NCBI RefSeq assembly: GCF_039654945.1
Contig: NW_027361723.1
Coordinates: forward strand, 2,914,001 to 2,978,000
Direction of reading: 5' to 3'
DNA: 64,000 nt
Origin: Dendrobates tinctorius
Lineage: Eukaryota
How positions within the stretch are numbered: position 1 is the first letter of the stretch; each line of letters begins with the position of its first letter. Made by a program: the position numbers and the translations under genes. This document shows positions 23,475-37,660 of this stretch, piece after piece. Below the pieces are notes generated by a model. That model searched no databases. It was given only the letters and a program-made list of their open reading frames with translations, and was not told where the DNA came from.

Positions 23475-23946
23475 GGGCGGCGTTATTCCCACGAGTCACG
23501 ACCCTCCAAACAGCGTTCATGAAGGCAAAGTGTTTGTTTTACGTGGGCAGTATGGTTGCAAAGCTGAACTTTAAAGGAATGTCCAGAAGGGCACCACCAG
23601 GAGTGGAGCCTACGGTTAAATTCGACTCCACCTGGGAAACCTCAACCATGCCAGCTACAGAAAGATGCACACATTGCAAGCTTAATTCCGTTAACGAACA
23701 AGACTCCGTCATGCCCCGCGGTCCGAGTCCGGCTTACTAGAGGGACACGCGAGGCTCTGGCACATGAGATTGGCCAATAACTGGTGTGTCATGCCCTTAC
23801 ATGTCCGTGGCTGCATGTGCGCTACACTGAAAAGGCCAGCGTTTGTCGCTTACAGGTGCAGATAACCCGCTGAACAACGTTAGTAATGGGGATCTATGAT
23901 TACTATTATTACCCGCGAACGATGATTTCCCAGTAAGTGCAGGTCA
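23475..23946 (+). pseudogene. Diverged 18S rRNA fragment carried inside hAT-A
   Basis: Ordered matches to 18S motifs recalled from memory: GGCGGCGTTATTCCC; AGTATGGTTGCAAAGCTGAA..AAAGGAAT..GAAGGGCACCACCAGGAGTGGAGCCT; TTAATTCCG.TAACGAAC.AGACTC; CAATAAC.GGT.TGT.ATGCCCTTA.ATGTCCG.GGCTGCA.G.GCGCTACACTGA; TTCCCAGTAAGTGC.GGTCA. Confidence 0.88.
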
Positions 23947-24056
23947 ACCGCAGTTCCGGAATTAGGCCTAACCGTCATTCCTGAAAAAATGAAAAACTTA
24001 CGTGTGCAAACCACAGGTGCTGTAGCTTGCTTAACAGCTCGCCAGCCGTTCTCACG

Positions 24057-24465
24057 CCCAGTATGGATTACACGTGATTGCACAAAGGTGAGAAAGGGTA
24101 CCGTATCCCAGGATAACATGTATGGATAGCGTACACATTCAAAATATATGTCAATACATCAGGAGGCAAGCTCAGACGGTGTCAGGCCCAGTATGGATTA
24201 CACGTGATTGCACAAAGGTGAGAAAGGGTACTGTATCCCCGGATAACATGTATGGAAAGCATAGTGTACACATTCAAAATATATGTCTATAGATCAGGAG
24301 GCAGGCTCAGATGGTGTCAGGCCCAGTATGGATTACATGTGATTGCACAGAGGTGAGAAAGGGTACCGTATCCCCGGTTAACACGTATGGATAGCATAGT
24401 GTACACATTCAAAATATATGTCTATACATCAGGAGGCAGGCTCAGACGGTGTCAGGCACAGTATG
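24057..24465 (-). repeat. 124-bp-family array (~3 units, 128-133 bp) in hAT-A copy B
   Basis: Same unit as 10857-11740, reverse orientation. Confidence 0.9.
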
Positions 24466-25243
24466 GATTTGACGGCCCAGACTACACAGCGGAGGAGCAG
24501 GGAGAGGTAAAGATTGCAAATGCTGGGGCCCTGCCCAAGCAAGGAGGGCCCACTTGTGGGCATCGGTACTGGCACTGGGCCCCTCATAGTACGGCGGTGT
24601 CTGACGGCGGGTGTGCACCACCACCGTCAGAGACACTTGATTGCACTATGAGGGACCCTGTGCCAGTGCCCGCGCCCAAGAGTCGGCCTACCCACCTGTC
24701 CAGGGCAACGGCACTCGCACGGTTTCGTGCGCTATGTGGTGACCCCGGCCATGGGGGGGGGGAGGCAGCACAGTTAGGGAGTTTTAGAAAGTGGCATATG
24801 TTGATGTTGGACATTCAGCTGATGCAAAAGGCGAAATTGTTCAAGTCCCAGGAAGAGGAGGACCAAAGCGAGCCATTTTTCTGGCAACCTATGTGTCATC
24901 ATGGGAAGGTGGGACAAAATCCTTGGAAACCCATGCATGGTTCATTTTAATGAAGGTTAGATCATCCACATTTTGGGTTGACAGACGGGTCCTTTTTTCT
25001 GTCAGGATTGATCCAGCTGCACTGAAGACTCTTTCCGATAGCACACATGCAGCTGGGCAAGCGAGCTCCTGTAAGGCATATTGGGCCAATTCAGGCCAGG
25101 TGTCCAGTTTAGCGGCCCAATAGTCAAAGGGGAATGACCTGTGCGGGAGAACATCGATATGGGAGGAAAAGTAGTTTGTAACCATAGTTGACAAATGCTG
25201 TCGCCTGTCACTTTCCATCGATGCAGTATTACCAGTTGTGTGA

Positions 25244-25519
<276 letters not shown>

Positions 25520-26046
25520 TGCGTCTCCGCTCCATCCTCACCCCCCAAAGGCTCTTATCAGAGCCGCCCACATCTACTTAGAAAAAGCTATGATCTCCGC
25601 TGTGTGATGTGGCCAGGGAGGGAGATTGCGGGTATTTTGCTGTGTTTTCAGCGGTTAAAACAGTTGGGTTACCTGGATATACAGCGCTATATGGGTCAGG
25701 AATTACTGTATGGATGAAATATCGAGCTTTATAGAGGTTACATCACAGTATATATTCACCACACTCTGAGGGTACACACACACCTTACCCCTCTCCCTAT
25801 ATTAACGTTGGTTATATTATAGACGCCGCATGTTTTACAATGGATGAGAATAGAGAAACGTGAGATTTCAGTTATCGCTCAGCAATCGTGATATCAGAAA
25901 CCGCAGCCACCATCTATTCTGAGAGAGTGCGATCCGTATATGGAGAACACGCACATAAACCGGACAGTTCAGGACTCGGCTCGTTTTTGGGAAGATTTGG
26001 TGGCTCTGAAAAGAGCCTTTGTGTTGTGGTTGGAGCCCGGGAAGAT

Positions 26047-26460
<414 letters not shown>

Positions 26461-26855
26461 TCAATTTAGAGGTGAACAGATGTGATGAGCTGAGCGGCGG
26501 GAGAAGGGTATTTATGCTCCAGGGCGCGTCCTCATTGGTCTATAGGAAACACGCCCCCTGCACGCCACTGGTTGTGGCATAAATAAAAGAAGCCAATAAG
26601 GACTTGATGTGTGTAACCAATCATTGTGAAGAGTAACTCCGCCTCTCGATCAGTAACCCCGCCCCCTGTTGTCCCCGCCTCCTCCACGAGGCGGTTCACA
26701 TCATCCCTTACACACGGAATATGGAGCAGACGCCACTGACGTAAATGCACGGCCGTATCCGTGTACACAGCGCTGTACAGTGCAGAGCTCGTATTAGCAA
26801 CAGATCACAACTATCCATCCTGACACTGCGCCCAGCATCAATTATATAATGTACT

Positions 26856-27545
26856 GGCACTGATCGTACAGCTCTGCAGGGAGGAGGTGGTGGATCTCAT
26901 CGTACAGCTCTGCAGGGAGGAGGTGGTGGCACTGATCATACAGCTCTGCTGAGGACAAGGTGGTGGCACTGATCATACAGCTCTGCAGGGAGGTGGTGGC
27001 ACTGATAACACAGCTCTGTAGGGAGGAGGTGGCACTGATCATACAGCTCTGCAGGGAGGTGGTGGCACTGATCACACAGCTCTGCAGGGAGGTGGTGGCA
27101 CTGATGATACAGCTCTGCAGGGAGGAGGTGATGGCACTGATGATACAGCTCTGCAGGGAGGTGGTGGCACTGATCACACAGCTCTGCAGGGAGGTGGTGG
27201 CACTGATCACACAGCTCTGCAGGGAGGTGGTGGCACTGATCATACAGCTCTGCGGGGAGGAGGCGGTGGCACTGATCATACAGCTCGGCAGGGAGGAGGT
27301 GGTGGCACTGATCATACAGCTCTGCAGGGAGATGGTGGCACTGATGATACAGCTCTGCAGGGAGGTGGTGGCACTGATCACACAGCTCTGCAGGGAGGTG
27401 GTGGCACTGATCACACAGCTCTGCAGGGAGGTGGTGGCACTGATCATACAGCTCTGCGGGGAGGAGGCGGTGGCACTGATCATACAGCTCGGCAGGGAGG
27501 AGGTGGTGGCACTGATCACACAGCTCTGCAGGGAGGAGGTGGTGG
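26856..27545 (-). repeat. 33-36-bp minisatellite (~20 units) derived from the H1 3'-processing signal
   Basis: Minus-strand unit ATCAGTGCCACCACCTCC(TCC)CTGCAGAGCTGT(G/A)TG, in register with the authentic ATCAGAGCCACCACCTCCTCCCTGCAGAGCTGTGTG of the H1 3' end. Confidence 0.93.
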
Positions 27546-27588
27546 CTCTGATAAGAGCCTTTGTGGGATGAGGACAGGGCGGCTCCGC

Positions 27589-28224
27589 TTATTTTTTGGC
27601 CGCGGGCTTCTTGGCTTTAGCCGCCTTCTTAGCCGGACTCCTGGCAGCTTTGGGTTTGGCCGCCTTCTTAGCGGGGCTCTTTGTCACCTTCTTGGGCTTA
27701 GCCTTCGGCTTTTTGGGGCTCTTAACTGCTTTTTTGGCCGCTGCGGGCTTCTTGGCCTTTTTCGGGCTCTTCTTGGCCGCGGTCGGAGCCTTCTTGGGCT
27801 TCTTCGGGGATTTTGCAGCTTTCTTGGCTGCTGGTTTATTGGCTTTGGCCGCAGGCGCCTGCTTCTTCTTGTCCTTGGTCTCCTGCTTCTTGTTCAGCTT
27901 GAATGACCCGGAGGCGCCGCTGCCCTTCACCTGGAGCAGGGCGCCCTTGGTGACCAGACCCCTGACGGCCAGCTTCAGGCGGCTGTTATTCCTCTCCACA
28001 TCGTACCCTCCAGCAGCCAGAGCCTTCTTCAGGGCAGCCAGAGACACCCCGCTGCGCTCCTTGGAAGCAGACACGGCTTTGACGATCAGCTCGGACACGC
28101 TGGGGCCAGAGGGCTTTTTACTCTTCTTGGCGACCCCTGCGGAGGATTTTTTCGGCTGCTTCTTGGATTTGGTGGCCGGTTCGGCAGGAGGAGGAGGAGC
28201 GGCGGCTGGCGCGGTCTCTGCCAT
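27589..28224 (-). CDS. H1: Histone H1 (somatic linker histone)
   Basis: MAETAPAA..., globular domain [30 protein letters not shown]...[10 protein letters not shown], Lys/Ala tail with SPKK motifs; stem-loop at 27544-27559; CCAAT and GC boxes upstream. Confidence 0.98.
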   Translation of the reverse strand: MAETAPAAAPPPPAEPATKSKKQPKKSSAGVAKKSKKPSGPSVSELIVKAVSASKERSGVSLAALKKALAAGGYDVERNNSRLKLAVRGLVTKGALLQVKGSGASGSFKLNKKQETKDKKKQAPAAKANKPAAKKAAKSPKKPKKAPTAAKKSPKKAKKPAAAKKAVKSPKKPKAKPKKVTKSPAKKAAKPKAARSPAKKAAKAKKPAAKK

Positions 28225-28849
28225 CATATAATCAACAACAAACACAAAGTGCTGAAAGAAAAATTACTAAGGACGGAGCGGGAGCCGCCTCAAATATGTA
28301 CAGTCACACTGCGCACTGATTGGCTGCCCCTCCTGAGCTTCTATTGGCTGACACTGGTCACAGGCCCCGCCCCTCCTGTCTGAGACGGGTGAAGCTCCGC
28401 TCTCCCCTTGTGCTTCCTTGCCCGGGATAAGCGACCATTACCGGTCAGGACCGGGCAGCAGAGCCGCTGTGTCAGTGTCCTCCTCCTCACTGACATCTCC
28501 CCCACATGTCTATAGCCGTCACTGGCGGAGGAGGCAGTAAGGAGCCGGGAAGAGCCCCGGAATCTCCCCATAGTCCTCCTGGCCGCACATCATTCTGTAT
28601 CGGGGAAGATGAATCTGCTGCGGGAGCTCGCTCCTTCTGTTCCCGGCACCTGTCACTATCACAGGGATCTGTACCACAATCTGTACCGTGCAGGAAGCTG
28701 ATTGGACGATGGGAGAACGACCTGGAGCTGCTGAGAGGTCGGAAGGAGACACAGACGGCGGCTCCGCTCCCTGCAGCTTCTGGCCTGTATATATATATAT
28801 ATCCAGTGTGTGGGCTTGTGGATCAGGAGCGCGAAGTCCAGAATATCTG

Positions 28850-29310
28850 ATGTGTGGAATATACAGCGCTATATGGAGGGTACACGTCCCTCTATGGGGG
28901 AGTACAGCCGTCAATGAGGGTGTACCCTAATATAAGGGGAGTATACAGCACTATATTCTAGACTACGATACTATATGGAGGGTTGTCAGCACTATATGGC
29001 GGTATACAATACTACTTGAAGGTTATACAGCACAATATGTCGGTACATAACAGTATTTGGCAGCTTACAGCACTACATGGGGGTATACAGCGATATATGA
29101 TGGGATAAAGAACAATATGGAGGGCCCACAGCACTTTCTGGAGAGTATTTAGCTATATATGGGGGCATACAGCGATATATGTAGGTATCAGCACTACCTT
29201 ATCCTCAGTTACTATATGGAGGGTATCCAGCACTATATGCGGGTGTTCTGTAGATGACACAGGTTTATAGAGGAGAAATGCAGCACTAGATGGGGAGTAT
29301 ACAGCACATG
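28850..29310. repeat. Decayed ~21-bp minisatellite (TATACAGCACTATATGGAGGG-like)
   Basis: Recurrent CAGCACTATATG / CAGCGCTATATG motifs at ~21-bp spacing. Confidence 0.6.
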
Positions 29311-30448
29311 TAGCCTTTGTAGTGCTGTATACCACCTAGTAGGGAGGATGGTGGATGTACAGCACCGTACTGGGGGTGTATATTTTTGCAATCCTAGTGC
29401 CCGCAGTTCCAGGGCTGATCAGTGTCAACTCCGCTTCCAGCAGTGATCGGAGCGGACGCCACACGGAGACCCGGTAACCTTATACAAGGGCGGCTCCGTA
29501 TCCAGCACAGATCGGATGATACAATCCGCACATGTTCTACCAGGAGGAGCCCGATGTGCTGAACCCGGGGAAATGACGAGCAGCAGATACAGGAGCAATA
29601 AGGGGTTAAACGGAGGAGGAAGCACGTCTATCGGTGATTGGTCGATTCCTGTGGGCGGGGCTTTAGATCCGTTTGATAATTTGAATCTCCCGCTCAGTCG
29701 TGTTCTCGGCGCTCGATCATTAACCCTTCAGTGACTGTGCTCTGCTTGTGGAAGAGACACCATTTCCCGATCACTGTCAGGAGTGAGCGGCCATTATTCC
29801 TGTGGACCTTGCGGTAAAGTGAGACTGTATTAACCCTCTCACTCCCCAGACCGGTGCCGGCTGCTCATTATCTCACCAATCACAGTTATGGATATTTTAT
29901 GTAGGCATCTTGTATGCGAGACGTCTCCTCCTCTGGAGGATGGAGCTCCCACACTCCGCAATACACCGGCTCCGGACCCGCGTCATCTCCAGTCCTCTCT
30001 CCGGTCCGCCGGGCTCGGATGACGGCGCTGTACACTCCGGGGGCGGATTTCCCCTCTGTTCTCTCTTCAGGCTCCGGTTAATGATAAATAAGAAAAGACA
30101 CAAGCAGCCTCCCCCGTCATGAGGGGAACGAGCCGCTAATGTCCGGCTGAATCCATCAGCCCCGGCACAGGAGAGCGCTGCCGGCTGGAGCCGCACAGTC
30201 CTCGGTATTAGGAGCAGTCAGGAAGTCACGGTCAGTGTCCACATGTAGATGGTAAATGAGGAGGGAGACAGTGATGAGATGCAGGCGCTGGACACCGGGA
30301 AGCCGCCACTAATAAGGGGGCGCAGAGTCACCGGTACAGGATGTGACCGCTCCGCACTGGATTTACACCGATCCTGAGAAATAGGATCTGACCCAACTCC
30401 CTCACCTCAATCATCCGATACCAGGAATTGTCGCTTCTCCAGGACACA

Positions 30449-30515
30449 TGTGGGCGGCTCTGAGAAGAGCCTAGGGGGTGAGGATGGAGCGGAGAAGCAT
30501 TAACACCCCCATATA
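30449..30515 (-). terminator. Orphan duplicate of the H4 3' end (stop, 3'UTR, stem-loop GGCTCTTCTCAGAGCC at 30456-30471)
   Basis: Near copy of 30928-30985 with no coding sequence attached. Confidence 0.8.
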
Positions 30516-30979
30516 GTGCAGTATTCATCTAAATAGCGCTGTGAAGCTCGATATACTGCTGTGTACAGGGCTGCAAACCTCCTGTAATGCAGAACCCCCA
30601 CACACAGCTGTAAACCTTCCATATAGAACTAGATTAAAAAAAAGGCTGTTTGCGGCCATTTAATGCTCAATACCCGCTATATAGCTACGACTCCCATTAA
30701 TACACTGCAGTGTACCCTCAGAGTGCAGTAAATGTCTATACTGTGATGTAGCCTCTATAAAGCGCTCTAGATATTTCATCCATACAGTAATTCATGACCC
30801 ATATAGCGCTGTATATCCAGGTAACCATCTGTTTTAACCGCTGATGTCACATAACACCGCAAAATACACGCAATCTCCCTCCCTGGCCACATCACACAGC
30901 GGAGATCATAGCTTTTTCTTAGTAGATGTGGGCGGCTCTGATAAGAGCCTTTGGGGGGTGAGGATGGAGCGGAGACGCA

Positions 30980-31315
<336 letters not shown>

Positions 31316-32664
31316 CTATGACTGATGAGCGCAGAGTCCTTCCTTTATATAGAAGAATGCAGACCGGAGCGAGGACTGGCGAGATGACGTGTTCCGGGGC
31401 GGGATTTCAAGTATGGAATTCGCAGTTAGCTCCTCCCCTTCTCCTCTGATTGGCTGCGCACAGGACAGTTGGCGATTTTGAATTCCCCGCTCTTATTTTG
31501 TAGTTTTTCCCGCTTCTGTATTTGTGTAACATAAGAGTCAATAAAACTCCTCATCTCGGCGCCGCTGCTGCTCGGAGACACAAAATTATTTGTTTCTCCA
31601 TTAATGTCAATGTGAGATTCAGGCTGGAAATTAATCAATCTCTGGGAGATCATCATCGATCAGACGCCTCCACCGGTCTGGAGAGGAAAGGGTGGGTGAC
31701 GTCAGAGGAAAATCAGCTGCTGCCCGGTAAGTTACCTGGTTGTCTCCACACACGGATCTGTGATGACCTTTCCTATAGAGAAATCATGCGGACAACCTCT
31801 AATGACCGCAGAGAAACGGAGCAAAACTCCGCCGTCAGGAACCAACCAAACCGCAAAAACGACTTCCACCTCTATTTAACGCTCACATGCGATCACCACA
31901 TCCAGCTGATCACAGACTCCTGTATAAAGGGGACTAAATCTCAGAAGAGACAGAACAATGTCGGACTACAGACCTCTGACCGTACAGGAACGAAGAGACC
32001 TCATGGATTGGTCTTCCTCTGACAATGGAGGCATCAGGACCCCGGAGCAGACCTCAGTCACAGGGCAGTGAAGCCCCCGCCCTCCTCCTGGACGAGCTGC
32101 TGCAGGGTTTATGGCCACAGCTGCTCCTCTCCTCACAGTTCTGCTTCTCATCACTCGTCTTCTCGGCTGGATGATTTCTGTGTTGTGGATAAATAGGAGA
32201 CTCCTCAGATCGTTACCCGCAGCCTGATGAACAGACCTGAGGAGTCTCCACAGCTGCAATCCACCAGCTCTTCACTCCGCCATTAAGGTCTCAACCTCTG
32301 AGGACATAAACTGTAACACTTCATCCAGCTGTAACTCCAGGGTAAAGTCTCCATGTGGCGACAAGTCTCTGGAGCTGCGGATACTATGGCTGTGGATGGG
32401 AGGAAGTGTGGAGCATGCGGGGCTGTCAGTACATTCCTCTCACTACCACCCTCATCATCCTCACCTCCAGCCCTGCGCTTCATAACTGCAGATGTAAGTG
32501 GTGTCTGTCTCCCGCCCCAGTGCGCAGGAGCTGCCGGTCAGGAGAAACCGCTACAGACGTGAGATCAAGACAAGGACCTAAAAAAAAGCAGCGGAGGAGC
32601 AGCTCTAATGGTGAGGGGGTGGGCGGCTCTTAGAAGAGCCTTTGGGGTGATGGCGGAGCNNNNN

Positions 32665-33774
<1,110 letters not shown>

Positions 33775-34702
33775 GCGCTGCCGCCGATCCCACCTACACA
33801 ACCAAAGGCTCTTCTAAGAGCCACCCACCCCGTCACCACCAGAGCTGACGCCGCTGATCTCGGGTCCTCACATTCCAGACACCACGGGCTGCCGCCACCA
33901 GTCTGTAGGTTGCTGCGCACACTGGAATCCGTTGTGCGGTTTCTACCCAAAACACTGGAGTGTCGGGAGATGAATGGGATAATATCATATGAAGCCTCAG
34001 ACCTGTGGGGGGAGAGGAGTCCCTCATTAGTGTCTGATCCTCCGGCCCCTGACATCGCTGTGGAGATAACACGCAGTGATCACGTATCGGGGGGGGAGTT
34101 GGCGGCCGCTGCCGGCGATTCTACACATCAGTGACTGCGGCTCCTCCCGGAGGACGAACCCGTGATGGCGGCTCTGGAGGGCTGGACTCAGCGCGGTTCT
34201 CGGGTGACCGGATTGTGATCTCCACTGTCAGCCGTGACCGGTAATAATCCTCCGCGGAACAAGAGCGGGAACTTCAAATCCCCCAACGGATCCTGTGATC
34301 AGACAATGAGCGGGAATCCTCGGTAAAGCGCCGTCCTCACTGACGTACATAGACGTCTTTCCTCCTCCGTTTAACTCCTTACTTGCCGTGTTGCTGTTCT
34401 CCCCTTATTTAGCAGTGTCCACAGATGCGGCACCTTCTCCCCAGCCCCCTCCAGCGCTCACATCGGGCTCCTCCAGAGCATCTGCTGCTTGCAGCCCCCT
34501 GTAATCACTGCAGACACAACTGGGAGTCCTGATAATACTTACTAAAAGGGTTAACCCCACAATAGTGTAGTGTAATCAGCCGCAGGCTTCACTGAACAAA
34601 TACTAAGTAACGCAGAAAAATAAGAATTAATAAAGCCAATAAACCACGAATCCTCCTGCTTTTCTTTCATTGCTAAAATATCACAGATCAAAGCATCATA
34701 CC

Positions 34703-34950
34703 TAGTGAGGAGCGAGCAGTAAAGAGCTCGGGTGCTCGTTCGGGTTGAGCAAATTTGAATACTCAGGTACTTGGACAGAACAACGAGCCCAATGTAAGTG
34801 CATGGGAGACCTCAGCATTTCTACATGGATCCCCCCCGAGGGTCCTTTTCAGGTCTAAAAACATCTGAAAATGATGGAAACACTGCTGCAATGACAGGGG
34901 ACATCATGGGGATCACCCCTGGAAGCATTCCTGACTCCTAGGTCACGGCT
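34703..34950 (+). mobile_element. Probable fragment of another hAT-like non-autonomous element end
   Basis: Begins TAGTGAGGAGCGAG, similar to the TAG(T/A)GTTGAGCG termini, and shares the CCCAATGTAAGT..ATGGG subterminal motif; no matching right end found. Confidence 0.45.
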
Positions 34951-35083
34951 TTATCATTGTAGCATTTACCAACCCTAGGTGGCCATGTGGTGTGTGACAC
35001 ATAAGCAGACACATCTTGTTTCATTTATGAGGAGGGACTCTGAAAGACAAGTGTAAAGATCGATGTTTCAAATATATCCCTAC

Positions 35084-37660
35084 TAGTGTTGAGCATTCCG
35101 ATACTGCAAATATCTGGTATCGGCCGATATTCGCTATATCGGAATTCCGATACCGAGTACCGATATTTTTTCAATATCGGAATCGGAAGTTCCCATAATG
35201 CAAAGAGCCACTGCTGTGGCTCTGATTGGCTGCCGAAATGATGTCATCATGATGCGCCGTCAGTTCGAGCCTTCCGGGGGAGGGGGGGTCTTTGCAGACT
35301 GCCCGGGGTTCTGTGCGGACTGCCGGGGTCCGTACCGGCCTCCCGGTGGCCTGTGCCGACTGCCCTGGGGGCTGTGCCGGCCTGCCGGTGGTCTGGCCGA
35401 CTGCCCGGGGGTCTGTGCGGACTGCCGTGGGTCTGTACCGGGCTGCCGGGGGGCTGTGCCGACTGTCCGGGGGTCTGTGCAGGCTGCGGGGGTCTGTGCA
35501 GGATCGTCCGATGGGACTACAAGTCTCATCGGGCGATGCCTGCTACCATGACGGTGATTGACACATTAACCAATGATGGGACAGTAGTAGTCCCATCATC
35601 CGGCCTATGTGTTGAATGTAAAAAAAAAAAAAACATACTACATACATGCAACATGCATACTACATATATACCACATATACCGGGTGTTAGGGTCGGCGGA
35701 ACGCACCAGATATAAATAATGGAAGGCGCGTTCGCCGCCCGGGGTCCACCGTGCGGTAGATGACAAGACCGCTGCTGGACAATGGCAGATACGCTAGAAG
35801 TGCGAAACAGCGCTCGGGTTAACGTCACCCGAGAGCGGACTCTGTTTAGTCACAGAGACGCCAAAGTATGAACTAGACGTAAAGGCTGAACCTGTTAGCT
35901 GCACAGGTCAGCCGGCGTGTGGCGTCGCAGCTGCGAACACCAAAAGCTGCTACTACTGCAGCGCGGCCGTAACTGAAGCCGCTAAGCGACGATGCCGGAG
36001 GAGCCGGGCACCGACGGACGCTAGTGTAGGTGAGGAAGGCTCAGTGGCGTGTAGCCTGCCACAATCTGGAGCTGACTAACCCAACATACTGTCACCATTC
36101 GTAATATCCGAGGGAAGGGGTTTCATAATAAGTCAGACACCAGTCCATGCATCCATCACCATACACACACAGAATAATATGCTACACTAGCGCATGGCCG
36201 AGCCGCCATGCAGGCTTTTTATAGCCATGCGCTTCCGGGACCTTCCAGTACTATAGGAAGGACCAATCAGATCCGACATAGGACCTTCACATGTGACCCC
36301 TGCTCTCCACTGAGAGGACAAGTTGCGGGCATGCCCAGTCGCACGGCGCGAGGACTTAGCCTCTAGAGCAGTTCCCTGCAAAGCAGGTTGCGTTATCATT
36401 GCTGCACCAGAGGTGGCAGCAACATCCAGGCTCACAGAACGAGTCTGCGGGGAATGCCTGGTTCGCCGAGATTGCTGAGCAGGAGTCCGAGCGGTCGGAG
36501 GAGAATGGGAGACCGCAGGATGTCTGGCTCTGGATTCCTGCTGTGCAGTGCCAGGAATCCGACGCCTAACACCGGGGGTCTGTGCCGACTGCCCGGGGGT
36601 CTGTGCTGGCCTGCCGGTGGTCTGTACCGGCCTACCGGGGGGCTGTGTCAACCGTCCGGGGGTCTGTGCAGGCTGCAGGGGTCTGTGCAGGCTGCGGGGG
36701 TCTGTGCAGGATCGCCCGATGGGACATGGGGCGATGCCTGCTACCATGACGGTGATTGACACATTAGCCAATGATGGGACAGTAGTAGTCCCATCATACG
36801 ACCTATGTGTTGAATGTAAAAAAAAAAAATACATACATACTGCATATATACCACATGCATACTACACATATACCGGGAGTCTGTACAGACTGTCTGGGGG
36901 TCTGTGCAGGTTGCGGGGGTCTGTGCAGGATCATCCGATGGGACTACAAGTCCCGTCGGGCGATGCCTGCTACCATGACGGTGATTGACACATTAGCCAA
37001 TGAGGGGAGAGTAGTAGTCCCATCATCCGGCCTATGTGTTGAATGTAAAAAAAAATGCATAATACATACTACAAATATACCAGCCCCCCGGCAGAATGCT
37101 CAGACCCCCGGACAGTCGGTACAGACCGCCGGCACAGTGGTATATATGTTGCATCCATGTAGTATGTATGTTGCATATATGTAGTATGTATTTTTTTTTT
37201 TTTTTTACATTCAACACATAAGCCAGATGATGGGACTACTACTGTCCCATCATTGGCTAATGTGTCAATCACCGTCATGGTAGCAGGCATCGCCCGATGG
37301 GACTTGTAGTCCCATCAGACGATCCTGCACAGACCCCCGGACAGTTGGCACAGACCACTGGCAGGCCGGCACAGCCCCCCGCAGCCTGCACAGACACCCG
37401 GACAGTCGGTACAGACCACCGGCAGTCCGCACAGACCCCCAGGTAGTCGGCACAGACCCCTGGAAGATCCGTACACCCCCCCCCCCCCGAGAGGCTGTAC
37501 AAGGAGAGAAAAGGGTTTCTCTTATTCCGATACCGGAAGTCCCATAGACTTGAATGGGACTTCCGGTATCGGAATCGGCGATACCCGATACTTTTTTCGT
37601 ATCGCGCCGATACCATCCGATCCGATATTTTAGGGTATCGGATAGTATCGCTCAACACTA
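35084..37660. mobile_element. Non-autonomous hAT element with hAT-B-type TIR (TAGTGTTGAGC)
   Basis: TIRs at 35084 and 37660, perfect 8-bp TSD ATCCCTAC (35076-35083, 37661-37668); CCGATA subterminal motifs; internal direct and inverted repeats. Confidence 0.93.
35685..36571 (-). mobile_element. Solo LTR (887 bp) nested in the hAT element
   Basis: TGTTAGGGTCGG...CCGACGCCTAACA termini, 5-bp TSD CCGGG both sides; CTATAAAAAG on the minus strand at ~36214-36224 (basis for orientation). Confidence 0.85.

Noticed and set aside
23475-23946. Functional 18S rRNA gene
   Set aside because: Partial, heavily diverged, internally deleted and embedded in a transposon; reported as a captured fragment instead.
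26842-27571. 225-aa and 203-aa repetitive Cys-containing ORFs
   Set aside because: By-product of a 33/36-bp minisatellite with unit length divisible by three; better explained as an amplified H1 3' signal.
27568-28231. Hydrophobic plus-strand ORFs resembling membrane proteins (also 53225-54208)
   Set aside because: Antisense shadows of Lys/Ala-rich H1 and of low-complexity CTT tracts.
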